This document shows positions 25,843 through 34,535 of a DNA stretch of 52,689 nt, one piece after another. A model generated the notes under the pieces. It did no database searches. It was given only the letters and a program-made list of their open reading frames with translations, and had not been told where the DNA came from. The stretch is taken from the NCBI GenBank assembly GCA_036507075.1, contig DASXQR010000160.1:1-52689 (forward strand). Reading direction: 5' to 3'. The position numbers and the translations under genes were made by a program. Each line of letters opens with the position of its first letter. The first letter of the stretch is position 1. This DNA is from Acidobacteriota bacterium (GTDB lineage Bacteria > Acidobacteriota > UBA6911 > JACQSX01).

Positions 25843-26544
25843 ATGCGCGTTTCTGTCATCATCCCCGCGTATAATGAGGCCGCATCAATCGGGCGAGTCC
25901 TGGGCGACATTCCAGCCGCGCACGTTTCTGATGTGATCGTAGTGGACAGCGACTCTACGGACGAAACACAAAAGGTCGCGCTAAGAAACGGCGCGCGCGT
26001 GGTGCGAGAGCCTCGGCGCGGTTACGGGCGAGCTTGTCTTACCGGCTTGAAGCACGCGCGCGACCCAGAGGTTGTTGTGTTTCTTGACGGAGATTACAGC
26101 GATCGGCCTTCTGAGTTGCCGCTCCTGATTGCGCCGATTTGCGAAGGCCGCGCGGATATTGTCATCGGCTCGCGCCTCGCAGGGAATCTTGCTCCGGGCG
26201 CGCTTCCCTGGCATTCGCGGTGGGGTAACCGTTTGGCCGCGCGTCTGATTTCCATGCTTTGCGGATTATCTCTTACCGACCTGGGACCGTTTCGCGCAGC
26301 CAGGTTCGATCTCCTTCGCTCGCTCGAGCTCCGGGAATTGACCTATGGATGGCCGGTTGAAATGATTGTGAGGGGTTCCCTTCGCGGCTGGCGGATTATT
26401 GAAGTGCCGGTCAGTTACCATCGTCGGATCGGAAAGTCAAAAATCACCGGCACTTTCAAAGGCTCAATTGCAGCGGCCTGGCACGTTTTTTCTGCGATTG
26501 TGAAGTACCGCATTCTGGACAATCAACACCGGAGCCGAACTTGA
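25843..26544 (+). CDS. GT2 glycosyltransferase, polyprenyl-phosphate (DPM-synthase-like) type
   Basis: VSVIIPAYNEA, VVDSDSTD, RGYGRAC, FLDGDYSD, VIGSR, TDLGPFRA, EVPVSY..RIGKSKI. Confidence 0.92.
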   Translation: MRVSVIIPAYNEAASIGRVLGDIPAAHVSDVIVVDSDSTDETQKVALRNGARVVREPRRGYGRACLTGLKHARDPEVVVFLDGDYSDRPSELPLLIAPICEGRADIVIGSRLAGNLAPGALPWHSRWGNRLAARLISMLCGLSLTDLGPFRAARFDLLRSLELRELTYGWPVEMIVRGSLRGWRIIEVPVSYHRRIGKSKITGTFKGSIAAAWHVFSAIVKYRILDNQHRSRT

Positions 26545-27242
26545 AATCTTCTTCAAGCGCCGAGCGGGATCGCGTGCTCGTGATCATGGGAAGAGAACCG
26601 CGGCCCGGGATTGTAAAGACGCGGCTCGCCCGCAAACATGCCGTGGAGGAAGTGGTCCGGATCTACCGTTGTCTATTGCAGGACACTCTCGCCCTGGCAT
26701 GCTCGCTGCGCGGCGTTCACGTAAGCCTGATGTGTCCCGCCGAAGATGTAGAACCGTTGCAACAATGGGTCCCCTCACATGTGCAGGTGATCGGCCAGGA
26801 GGGAAGAGGGCTGACCGACGGTCTTATTTCAGTATTCACCTTTTTTCTCGGAAACGGCTTCCGGCGCGTTATTGCCTTCAACAGCGACAGCCCGCACTTG
26901 CCGGCCTCTGTCCTTGAATCGGCATTTGCATTGCTCGAAAATCACGATCTTGTCGTGGGACCAACCGGAGACGGAGGCTATTATCTGCTGGGCGCAAAGG
27001 CTCAGCACCCCCATCTTTTTGACCCGTCTCAAATGGGGACTGAGAGCGCCTTGCAGGCCTTGCTGGCGCGGGCGCAAGACTGCCGCCTCTCGACGGCATT
27101 TACAGAAGAGTGGAATGACGTGGATACGCCCGAGGACCTGGCGCGTTTTGCAGCCGAAATTCGCCGATATCCCGACCGCGCGCCGCGCACTGCGGAACTG
27201 CTCTCGGGCTGGTCTGCCGAAGATCCACGTTCATCGGCGTAA
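26541..27242 (+). CDS. DUF2064 / TIGR04282-like transferase (nucleotide-diphospho-sugar transferase fold)
   Basis: PGIVKTRLA, QEGRGL, NSDSPHL, VVGPTGDGGYYLLG, DVDTPEDL; TTGA overlap with GT2. Confidence 0.9.
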   Translation: MKSSSSAERDRVLVIMGREPRPGIVKTRLARKHAVEEVVRIYRCLLQDTLALACSLRGVHVSLMCPAEDVEPLQQWVPSHVQVIGQEGRGLTDGLISVFTFFLGNGFRRVIAFNSDSPHLPASVLESAFALLENHDLVVGPTGDGGYYLLGAKAQHPHLFDPSQMGTESALQALLARAQDCRLSTAFTEEWNDVDTPEDLARFAAEIRRYPDRAPRTAELLSGWSAEDPRSSA

Positions 27243-27254
27243 ATCCGCGGCAAA
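27223..27254. repeat. Degenerate solo arm of 9-10-bp-period element over the gene 3' end
   Basis: atccacgttcatcggcgtaaatccgcggcaaa spans the DUF2064 stop codon. Confidence 0.5.
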
Positions 27255-27263
27255 TCGGACTCG

Positions 27264-28562
27264 ATGTCGCAATCCTCACCCACTCAAACCGCGTCGCAGC
27301 TCTGGAGCATCTATTTATGCGGCGCCACCATTCTTGCTGCGATCATGGTGCTCTCACACATCGGGCCAATGGTAGGATCGCCACAATATCTTGGGCTGCT
27401 TGGCGTCGCGTGCATGGGATATCTTGCCGCAATGCATCAATTGAGGCGATCGCAGCCGCCGGTGGGAACGGCCCTCTTGATTTGCCTTGCGCTCGCACTC
27501 GTTTGGCGTATTCCAATGACACTTAGCAATGTGGGGGATCGCAGTGACGTGTATCGATATTTATGGGATGCGCGCCTCCAACGTCTCGGATACAGCCCGT
27601 ACACCATTATCCCGGCCGACCCAAGATTTGCTTTTCTGCACACGCCCGAGACACGACGGATGAATAACCCAGATGTGCCGAGCTCTTATCCGCCAGGCGC
27701 GCAATGGGCTTTTCGAATCATCACTTCATTCAGCGATTCGGTTCGCGCTTTCAAGATCGCCTTTTTGTTATGCGACCTGTTGATCATGGGCGTTCTGATT
27801 GACTGGCTCAGGTATGCGCGCCTCAGCCTGTGGTGGGTTTTGGCCTATGCATGGAACCCACTGGTATCGGTGGAGGGCACGGCCAACCTTCATCTTGATC
27901 CCGTCGGCGTTTTATTCTTAACGATCTCATTTACGGCGTTGGCGCGGGGAAAATCAGGAGTTTCGATGTTGGCGTTCGCCGTCGCTGTCGCGGTGAAGTA
28001 TCTTCCCATTGTCCTGGCACCGCTGTTCTGGCGCCGGGTACGATTTCGGGATGCGGCTGTGTCGCTTGCCGCCTTTAGCGCCATGTACTTGCCGTTCATC
28101 GTCGACGGCGGCTGGCCGACCGGATCGCTGGCAATATTCATCGAACGCTTCAGATTCAATCATTTGGTCTTTGGCGTTCTGGAGCCAATCCTGGATCCGC
28201 GCGCGCTGGCCACTCTGGCGCTGCTGGTAGGGATAGGCACGGCAGCGTTGCTCCGCTTCCGCACGGGCGCAGATTCTCCGGCGGCCTGGGCCTGGCCGAT
28301 GGCCGCGGCCCTTGTGTGCGCGCCGGTGATTTATCCGTGGTACCTTTATTGGCTTGCCCCCTTTCTCACCGTCCCGGCAAATGTCCCGTTGATGATCTGG
28401 ACTGTAAGCATTCTGCCGACTTATGTAGTTCACTATCTATACGAGCATGGCTCTGAATGGGTAGTGCCGTGGTGGGTTTTGCTTCTTGAATACGGCAGTC
28501 TTGCCGCGGCGGCGGTTTCGCTGTGCGTTTCCAGGATCGTACGCCCAAAGCGCGATATCTAG
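27264..28562 (+). CDS. GT-C fold membrane glycosyltransferase (GT87/DUF2029-like)
   Basis: Multi-TM; SDVYRYLWDA, YPPGAQ, YAWNPL..E...HLD, VKYLP, FRFN, IYPWYLYWL. Confidence 0.88.
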   Translation: MSQSSPTQTASQLWSIYLCGATILAAIMVLSHIGPMVGSPQYLGLLGVACMGYLAAMHQLRRSQPPVGTALLICLALALVWRIPMTLSNVGDRSDVYRYLWDARLQRLGYSPYTIIPADPRFAFLHTPETRRMNNPDVPSSYPPGAQWAFRIITSFSDSVRAFKIAFLLCDLLIMGVLIDWLRYARLSLWWVLAYAWNPLVSVEGTANLHLDPVGVLFLTISFTALARGKSGVSMLAFAVAVAVKYLPIVLAPLFWRRVRFRDAAVSLAAFSAMYLPFIVDGGWPTGSLAIFIERFRFNHLVFGVLEPILDPRALATLALLVGIGTAALLRFRTGADSPAAWAWPMAAALVCAPVIYPWYLYWLAPFLTVPANVPLMIWTVSILPTYVVHYLYEHGSEWVVPWWVLLLEYGSLAAAAVSLCVSRIVRPKRDI

Positions 28563-28590
28563 CTGCAAGAGCTCCGCTGCGGAGTGGGAA

Positions 28591-28624
28591 GGCAACGTCA
28601 ACGTTTCCGTGGTTGACGTGGTCA
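28591..28624. repeat. Hexamer-type palindromic fragment (CAACGT) between convergent genes
   Basis: ggcaacgtcaacgtttccgtggttgacgtggtca; related runs at 11613-11640 and 17860-17882. Confidence 0.55.
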
Positions 28625-30817
28625 CTGCCTGGCACAGAGTTCCGGCTTTAGACGACAGGCCGTTTGGAGCTCTCGCCGGGCTTGGATTTGCATGCCGCTC
28701 TGCGAGTAAGCCAGTCCCAGGTTGTAGTGGGCTTCAGCGTCCCGCGGATCCAGGGAAACGACTTTGGCAAAGGACTCGATCGCCTGCTTCCACTGCCCAT
28801 GGCGCTTATAGATCAGGCCCAGATTATATTGAGCTTCCACTTGATTGGGATCGAGTCGAACAACTTTGAGATAAGCGTCAAGGGCCTGTTCGAACTGGGA
28901 TTGGCTGACACAGGCGTTTGCCAGACTCAGGTGGGCCTGCAGATACTTGGGATCGAGCGATACAGCCCGACGAAACAGTTGCGCCGCATCTGCCACATTT
29001 CCTGCCTCGAACTCAACTCGTCCCAGATTGTAGTAAGCATACTTGTAGCCCGGAGACGTTTGGATGGCTTGTCTGTAGCATTGTGCGGCCTTTCCTGGCT
29101 GGCCCTTGTTCAAATACGCATTCCCAAGATTGTTATGAGCTTCGGCGTTATTCGGATCAAGCCGGATGGCTCGTTCAAATCCCACAATCGCCTTGTCGAA
29201 TTCTTTCTTCTGCAGATACGCAAAGGCCAGGTTGTAGGCCAGCATCGGGTGTTCGGGCATCAGCGAAATCGCTTTTTTGAAATGCTGCACTGCGGGGTCA
29301 AGGCGCAGATTTCGGAGATCGTTCAGGCCCAGCATGTTGTAGATCATTACGGAACGAGGCTCGTTCTTGAGCATCTTCTCGAGCCGGTCCACGGCGACTC
29401 GATCCATTTTCCGGGAAGTCGAGAGAACGATCCGCTGTACCGCTTCATAAATGGGGTACTTATCTTTCGGGTCGGGCAGTTTTTCTCCCGCGACTCCTTC
29501 GATGGCTGAAAAGGAACCACCGACGTAGCCCAGCGATTGCAGACGCTGCAGCTCTTCCGGGCCAATCGTGCTTCGAGGCGCGGCGCTGCCCCCGGATGGA
29601 AGATGGATCGAGTAAAATTTCGCCAGGTCCTGTTTGTAGCGGTTGGCAAGCGCCTGGCTGGCAGACAGAATATTTGTGACTTCTCCGGGATCTCGTTCCA
29701 AATCGTAGAGCTCCGGTTTTGGAGCGTCGATGTATTTGTATTTCCCCAGCCTCCAGCTCCTTAATTCACTCCAGCCGAATTGGTATTTCTGCATGAAATT
29801 TTCGCTGTAGGCCGGCAACGGCACATCCCGATCCGGGTTAAGGGCCAGTGAGAGGACTTCCCTTCCCTGGAAGGCGCCGCTGGAACCCTCCAAAAAAGCC
29901 AGGACAGTGGGCGCGATGTCGACGCTTCTTACCTGCGACTTCACCCGTTTCCCCTTCAGCTTCACCCCGAGAGGCGCTTTCACAATCAAGGGAACTCTTA
30001 ATGCGGCGTCGTATATGTAATAGCCATGGGTAGGCTCCCGGTGTTCTCCCAGGTTCTCACCGTGATCGCTGGTCAACACTATCAATGTGTTTTCGTAAAG
30101 GTTTTCCCGCTTTAGAAAGGCCAAAAGATCCCCAACCAGCGCATCCGCGTATGCTACTTCTCCGTCGTAGGGTCGATTCAAATATCGGGATCGGAAAGGT
30201 TCGGGAGGTTTATAAGGGTCGTGCGGTTCGAACAAATGAACCCAGGCAAAGAATGGCTTTGAAGATTTTGTCCCCAGCCAGCGCGTTGCCTCATAAATGA
30301 CTTTCGTACCTTTCGTTTCGGCAACCAGCGCGCTGAACTGATCGGTGTCGGGAGCCAGCGCCTGGTAATTGTCGAAGAAAACGTCAAATCCCTGATCCAC
30401 TCCGCGCGTGTGATTCAGAATATAAGACCCGACGAAGCCTCCGGTGACGTAGCCTCGTTCCCTAAGAATCTCGGCAAGGGTGAGCGCTTTGGAATCCAGC
30501 AGGAAGGCAATGTTGTCGCGCACTCCGTGGAATTGAGGATAGGTACCAGTGAGAATTGTGCAGTGGGACGGCAGCGTCAGTGGCACCTGGGCAATGCAGT
30601 TTTCATAAAGGACGCCCTCGCCGGCCAGAGCATCCATGTTGGGCGTCCCGGTGGCGCGGTAGCCGTAGCAACCCACATGATCCGCCCTTAGGGTATCAAT
30701 GGTGATCAAAAGAATATTCGGCCGCGCCGGGTCGGGAGAGGAATTGCCACTCCGGGTAAAGATGCCCAGAGAGAGAATGGAGATAAAAACGCACCAGAAG
30801 AATTTCTTGTAAGTCAA
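28622..30817 (-). CDS. Sulfatase-like (alkaline phosphatase superfamily) hydrolase fused to C-terminal TPRs
   Basis: PNILLITIDTLRADH, VPLTLPSH..ILTG, HLFEPHDPY, TSDHGE, ELYDL..DPGE, then TPRs; start uncertain (ORF extends to 30886 through a repeat). Confidence 0.9.
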   Translation of the reverse strand: MTYKKFFWCVFISILSLGIFTRSGNSSPDPARPNILLITIDTLRADHVGCYGYRATGTPNMDALAGEGVLYENCIAQVPLTLPSHCTILTGTYPQFHGVRDNIAFLLDSKALTLAEILRERGYVTGGFVGSYILNHTRGVDQGFDVFFDNYQALAPDTDQFSALVAETKGTKVIYEATRWLGTKSSKPFFAWVHLFEPHDPYKPPEPFRSRYLNRPYDGEVAYADALVGDLLAFLKRENLYENTLIVLTSDHGENLGEHREPTHGYYIYDAALRVPLIVKAPLGVKLKGKRVKSQVRSVDIAPTVLAFLEGSSGAFQGREVLSLALNPDRDVPLPAYSENFMQKYQFGWSELRSWRLGKYKYIDAPKPELYDLERDPGEVTNILSASQALANRYKQDLAKFYSIHLPSGGSAAPRSTIGPEELQRLQSLGYVGGSFSAIEGVAGEKLPDPKDKYPIYEAVQRIVLSTSRKMDRVAVDRLEKMLKNEPRSVMIYNMLGLNDLRNLRLDPAVQHFKKAISLMPEHPMLAYNLAFAYLQKKEFDKAIVGFERAIRLDPNNAEAHNNLGNAYLNKGQPGKAAQCYRQAIQTSPGYKYAYYNLGRVEFEAGNVADAAQLFRRAVSLDPKYLQAHLSLANACVSQSQFEQALDAYLKVVRLDPNQVEAQYNLGLIYKRHGQWKQAIESFAKVVSLDPRDAEAHYNLGLAYSQSGMQIQARRELQTACRLKPELCARQ

Positions 30818-30848
30818 CTCCGCGTGTCCGGTAAACCTGCAAAAACTG

Positions 30849-30927
30849 AACCGCGAAGGCGCGAAAGCGCCAGACAACAGAGCCATGACGGGGCTTTGTT
30901 ATTTCGCGCCTTCGCGCCTTCGCGGTT
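30849..30927. repeat. 9-bp-period inverted repeat element (CGCGAAG type)
   Basis: aaccgcgaaggcgcgaaagcgc ... aacagagcc/ggctttgtt ... gcgccttcgcgccttcgcggtt. Confidence 0.9.
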
Positions 30928-30943
30928 TAAGACTTTTTCTCAC

Positions 30944-33900
30944 CTAAAACTCAATCCGCAACCCGAACTGGATCAGCCGCGGATCTGTCACTGTACTGCT
31001 GATGCGGCCGCTGGTCGCATTCGGATTGGAGTAATTCGGGTGATTGAACAGATTGAAGAAATCGGCGGTGAAGCGCACGTTGATATCTTCTGTGACTCTG
31101 GTGTTCTTAAAGACCGCAAAATCAACGTTGGCCAATCCGGGTCCTTCTAGAATATTCCGGCCCGGCCGCTGGCTGGTAATGACGTCGACCACTCTGCCTT
31201 GCGCATCTCTCGGCAGTACAAAGGCGGTGGTATCAAACCAACGATTGATCGTGCGATCATCCGCGGGAAGATTCCCATCTTTGACCCGCCACCGCGATCG
31301 GTCCGGAGAAAAATAGAGTCCCGAGCGGAACCGGCTGATGGACGCCAATTGCCATCCTTCCACCAGCCTGGCTGCCAATCCGTGCAGATCTGAGCCGAGT
31401 TGCTTGCCGGGTCCGAAGGGCATGTCGATCAGGAAGTTAAGAGTGAACTGCTGCCGGGGATAAAAGCTGGAATTCCCTTTTTCCAGTCGCAAGCGCTGGT
31501 CGCGGCTTTCAATGCCGCTCTGACGATCGCCCAGAAAGGGTAAAGCGCCTGAAGAACCGGTACTTTGCTCTGAGGTGTTGAGAGTTTTTTGGAACACATA
31601 GAAACCCTGAGCGATGATGCCACTGCTGACGTTCCGTTTAACTTCCAATTGAAATTGGTGGCTTTGCGAGTAGCCATAATCCGCCAGCGTGCCGATGTCT
31701 CCATACACTGGATCTCTGCGACGCGCCTGTTGGCCCAAGGTCGGGAACCGTGATTGGGGGTAAGGCGTATTGATCGGTTCAATCACTTGCAAATGACTTC
31801 CATGGGTCCCGACATAGCTTGTTCGCAAGCCGGTCCTCGGAAGAATTTCGTATTCCAGCGTAACGTTCCAGCTTTGTGCCATGGCATCGCGGGAGAATGG
31901 ACTAAAGGGTCTATTGGGCACAGGCGCTCTGATAAAAACATTCGCATCGCTGAAAGCGGGTGTTCCTCCACCCAGCACATAAGGTGGGACGGTTGTCAAT
32001 CGATCCTCCGGATTTGCCGGATAACCCAGTTGACTTCGGGTGAAGTTGAAAGGCGGGTTCTGTCTCGTCGGAGCTTGAAGCGTTATCAGGGGCAATGTCC
32101 AGTAGTTGATCCCATAGCCCCCACGTAAGACCGCGTTTCCCTTGGGCGTCAACAAGTAGGCAAACCCAACCCGCGGTCCCCAGTTGTTGCGGTCCGGCTC
32201 CAACAATCCGCTGGGGAATCCTACCTCGTCTGCCGTCTTAAAAATGACCCCCGCGGCCCGATAGGCGGCGACGGCGGCCGCGTTTACCGCGAAAGCCTTT
32301 TCCACCGGGTCTTGCAACACCAGCGATTTTGTTGCCGGATCGTACGTCGAGATCTGTTTGCGAGTATCCTTGTAGCGAGTGTAGTACTCATAGCGCAGAC
32401 CCAAATTGAGCGTCAGCCTGGAGCTCACTTTCCAATCGTCCTGGATATACAGTCCAATATCCTTCTGGCGGTGATAGAAGAATCCCTTATCGCTTCTCAA
32501 GTCCCCAGTCCCGTAGCCGAGCAAAAACGACGCAAAGCCTGAGCCGGTAAACGCGACAGGCAATTGATTCGGATCTCCCAGAGCCGTCCACTGAGAGTCA
32601 AAGCCATAACATCCTCTGGGCTGCCCCCGCTCGTCGGAATTAATCGCCATGGTGCGGAGTTGGCCTCCAATCTTGATATTGTGTTTTCTTCGAGTGATGG
32701 AAAGATTGTCTACCACAGTTCCAAAGAACTGGGGAGCCGTCTGGGGATTGTCATCATCCCACCAAAGTCCTTGTGGCCACCCTCCAAACTCGGTGTCACC
32801 GTCGACCGGATTGTACGGGTACAAGCAGGGCCAACCGGTGTCGCCGGTGACGTTTTGAAGGCCCAAGACGGTCGTCACCGCGGGACTTTTAATTGTGGGA
32901 CCACGCCGGCTATTGGGTCGCGTGCCGCCGATGCGAAATTCATTCACAACCTGGGGACTGAAAACGTGAGTTTCGGCGAAAGTACCCTGCGTGGTTCTGG
33001 CGGTATTCTTATTGAAGTAAATGTCGGTAGTAGGAGCCCCTCCTTTAGGCCCGTCGCGCACTTCGTCCACAAACGTGAGCGTGCCGGAAAGAGTGTCATT
33101 TGCGCCCCATTGATGATCTATCTTGGTCGAGAATTTGTCTTGATTCACAGTATTGGGAAGAGTGACGCCCAGATTCTGATCGAGAGGAGCGCCGGCGCGG
33201 TTCGGCTTTGGATAGGCCTCCAAAGCTTTCTTTGCCAGACTGGAAATCCGGTTAGCCGGAATGATGTTACCGGGAAAGGGAGTGCGAGTGATGCGCCCGG
33301 TAGCAGGATCTGTACGAGTAGTCAGCGGATCATAGATGGTGTAAACCTTGCTTTCTCCAATGGGGATGTACTTGGAAAGATCTCCGCCCCGCAAATCGTC
33401 GGTAGGCGATCCCTTCAGATTGAAGAGGCTCTGATTCTGCCTTAGCCCTTCGTAGGTGAAGAAGAAAAAAGTCTTGTCTTTACCCCGATAAAGTTTTGGA
33501 ATCACCACGGGTCCGCCGACCGCCGCGCCAAATTCATTGCGTATCAGAAAGGGCGCCTTGGCGCCCACGGGCTGGAAGGGATTTCTGGCCAAGAGAGCAT
33601 TGTTCCGGTGGGTCTCAAAAACGGCGCCGTGTATTCTATTGGTGCCCGACTTTGTCAAATAACTGATCGTTGCCGGCTTGCTGAACTGAGCGGGAGAATT
33701 CAGCGTCTCTACCTTGAATTCCTGAACTCCTTCCAAGGCCGGGCTGACACGGGTGAAGTCACCAATGTACTTGTCTTCAATACTGACCCCATCAGCCAGG
33801 AATTGAACGTTTCCCTGCTGCAAGCCATTGACCTGTGTTCCTCCCTGTGTGGTGACCCCAGGGGTGAGACTGAACAAGGTCTGAATGTTCCGGCCATTAA

Positions 33901-34351
33901 GCGGGAGCTGTTTGATGCGGGCAGACTCCTTTACGTCCGACAGAGTCCCGCTGGCTGTTTCAACTGCGGGGGTAGTGTCCTGAACCACAATTTGCGTGGC
34001 CTGGCCCGCCACTTTTAAGGCGATATCGACATCAAGCTGCTGCCCGACCCTGAGGACCAGCTTACCTTCGTACTTTTCAAAGCCGCCATGCTCGACGGTG
34101 ATCACATAGTTCGCGGCAGGAGTGCTGGGAAATGAATACAACCCCGCATCATTGCTCACGGTAGTTCGCGTCTGATTGGTGTCAACATTCTGAAGAGTTA
34201 ACGTCGCACCCGGCACTATTGCGCCCGAACTGTCTCTAAGCAAACCGCTGATGCTCCCCAGTGAAGTCTGGGCAAAGCTGTTGCATTCAAAGCAGAGCAG
34301 CAAGACGCACAGCGAGACCGAAATGGACCAGATTTTGGATCTCCAGCTCAT
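30944..34351 (-). CDS. TonB-dependent receptor-like outer membrane protein, paralogue of 19488-23108
   Basis: Signal peptide, GSISGLLRD..VPGA, QLPLNGR, VQEFKVET, TKSGTN, LTLNLGLRYE, NNWGPRVG, FFNLFNHPN, terminal F; RBS GGAGAG. Confidence 0.93.
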   Translation of the reverse strand: MSWRSKIWSISVSLCVLLLCFECNSFAQTSLGSISGLLRDSSGAIVPGATLTLQNVDTNQTRTTVSNDAGLYSFPSTPAANYVITVEHGGFEKYEGKLVLRVGQQLDVDIALKVAGQATQIVVQDTTPAVETASGTLSDVKESARIKQLPLNGRNIQTLFSLTPGVTTQGGTQVNGLQQGNVQFLADGVSIEDKYIGDFTRVSPALEGVQEFKVETLNSPAQFSKPATISYLTKSGTNRIHGAVFETHRNNALLARNPFQPVGAKAPFLIRNEFGAAVGGPVVIPKLYRGKDKTFFFFTYEGLRQNQSLFNLKGSPTDDLRGGDLSKYIPIGESKVYTIYDPLTTRTDPATGRITRTPFPGNIIPANRISSLAKKALEAYPKPNRAGAPLDQNLGVTLPNTVNQDKFSTKIDHQWGANDTLSGTLTFVDEVRDGPKGGAPTTDIYFNKNTARTTQGTFAETHVFSPQVVNEFRIGGTRPNSRRGPTIKSPAVTTVLGLQNVTGDTGWPCLYPYNPVDGDTEFGGWPQGLWWDDDNPQTAPQFFGTVVDNLSITRRKHNIKIGGQLRTMAINSDERGQPRGCYGFDSQWTALGDPNQLPVAFTGSGFASFLLGYGTGDLRSDKGFFYHRQKDIGLYIQDDWKVSSRLTLNLGLRYEYYTRYKDTRKQISTYDPATKSLVLQDPVEKAFAVNAAAVAAYRAAGVIFKTADEVGFPSGLLEPDRNNWGPRVGFAYLLTPKGNAVLRGGYGINYWTLPLITLQAPTRQNPPFNFTRSQLGYPANPEDRLTTVPPYVLGGGTPAFSDANVFIRAPVPNRPFSPFSRDAMAQSWNVTLEYEILPRTGLRTSYVGTHGSHLQVIEPINTPYPQSRFPTLGQQARRRDPVYGDIGTLADYGYSQSHQFQLEVKRNVSSGIIAQGFYVFQKTLNTSEQSTGSSGALPFLGDRQSGIESRDQRLRLEKGNSSFYPRQQFTLNFLIDMPFGPGKQLGSDLHGLAARLVEGWQLASISRFRSGLYFSPDRSRWRVKDGNLPADDRTINRWFDTTAFVLPRDAQGRVVDVITSQRPGRNILEGPGLANVDFAVFKNTRVTEDINVRFTADFFNLFNHPNYSNPNATSGRISSTVTDPRLIQFGLRIEF

Positions 34352-34447
34352 ATTCTCTCCGAAGTAGATGGAAGGTTGACGAATCAACGGCCTTTAAATC
34401 CAAACAGCCGACTTTTTTACTCAAATTATGACCGAATTATGCGGCTG

Positions 34448-34487
34448 AGATTAATGGACAAGAAGTTACTTGTCAATCGAAAATAAC
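34448..34487 (-). promoter_or_regulatory. Sigma70 promoter of the TBDR overlapped by a NagC/Mlc-like ROK operator
   Basis: Minus strand TTGACA(34476-34471)-N17-TAATCT(34453-34448); palindrome GTTACTT-N9-AAATAAC at 34465-34487. Confidence 0.72.
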
Positions 34488-34535
34488 CTAAGATAGAGTC
34501 GCTTCTGGAAGCTCTGAATCCCAAGGCCGGCACGC

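Noticed and set aside
23425..28562. Calling the cluster a canonical arsenosugar (arsM-arsS) operon
   Set aside because: The radical SAM has a SPASM rather than ArsS-type C-terminus, and the methyltransferase does not resemble ArsM.
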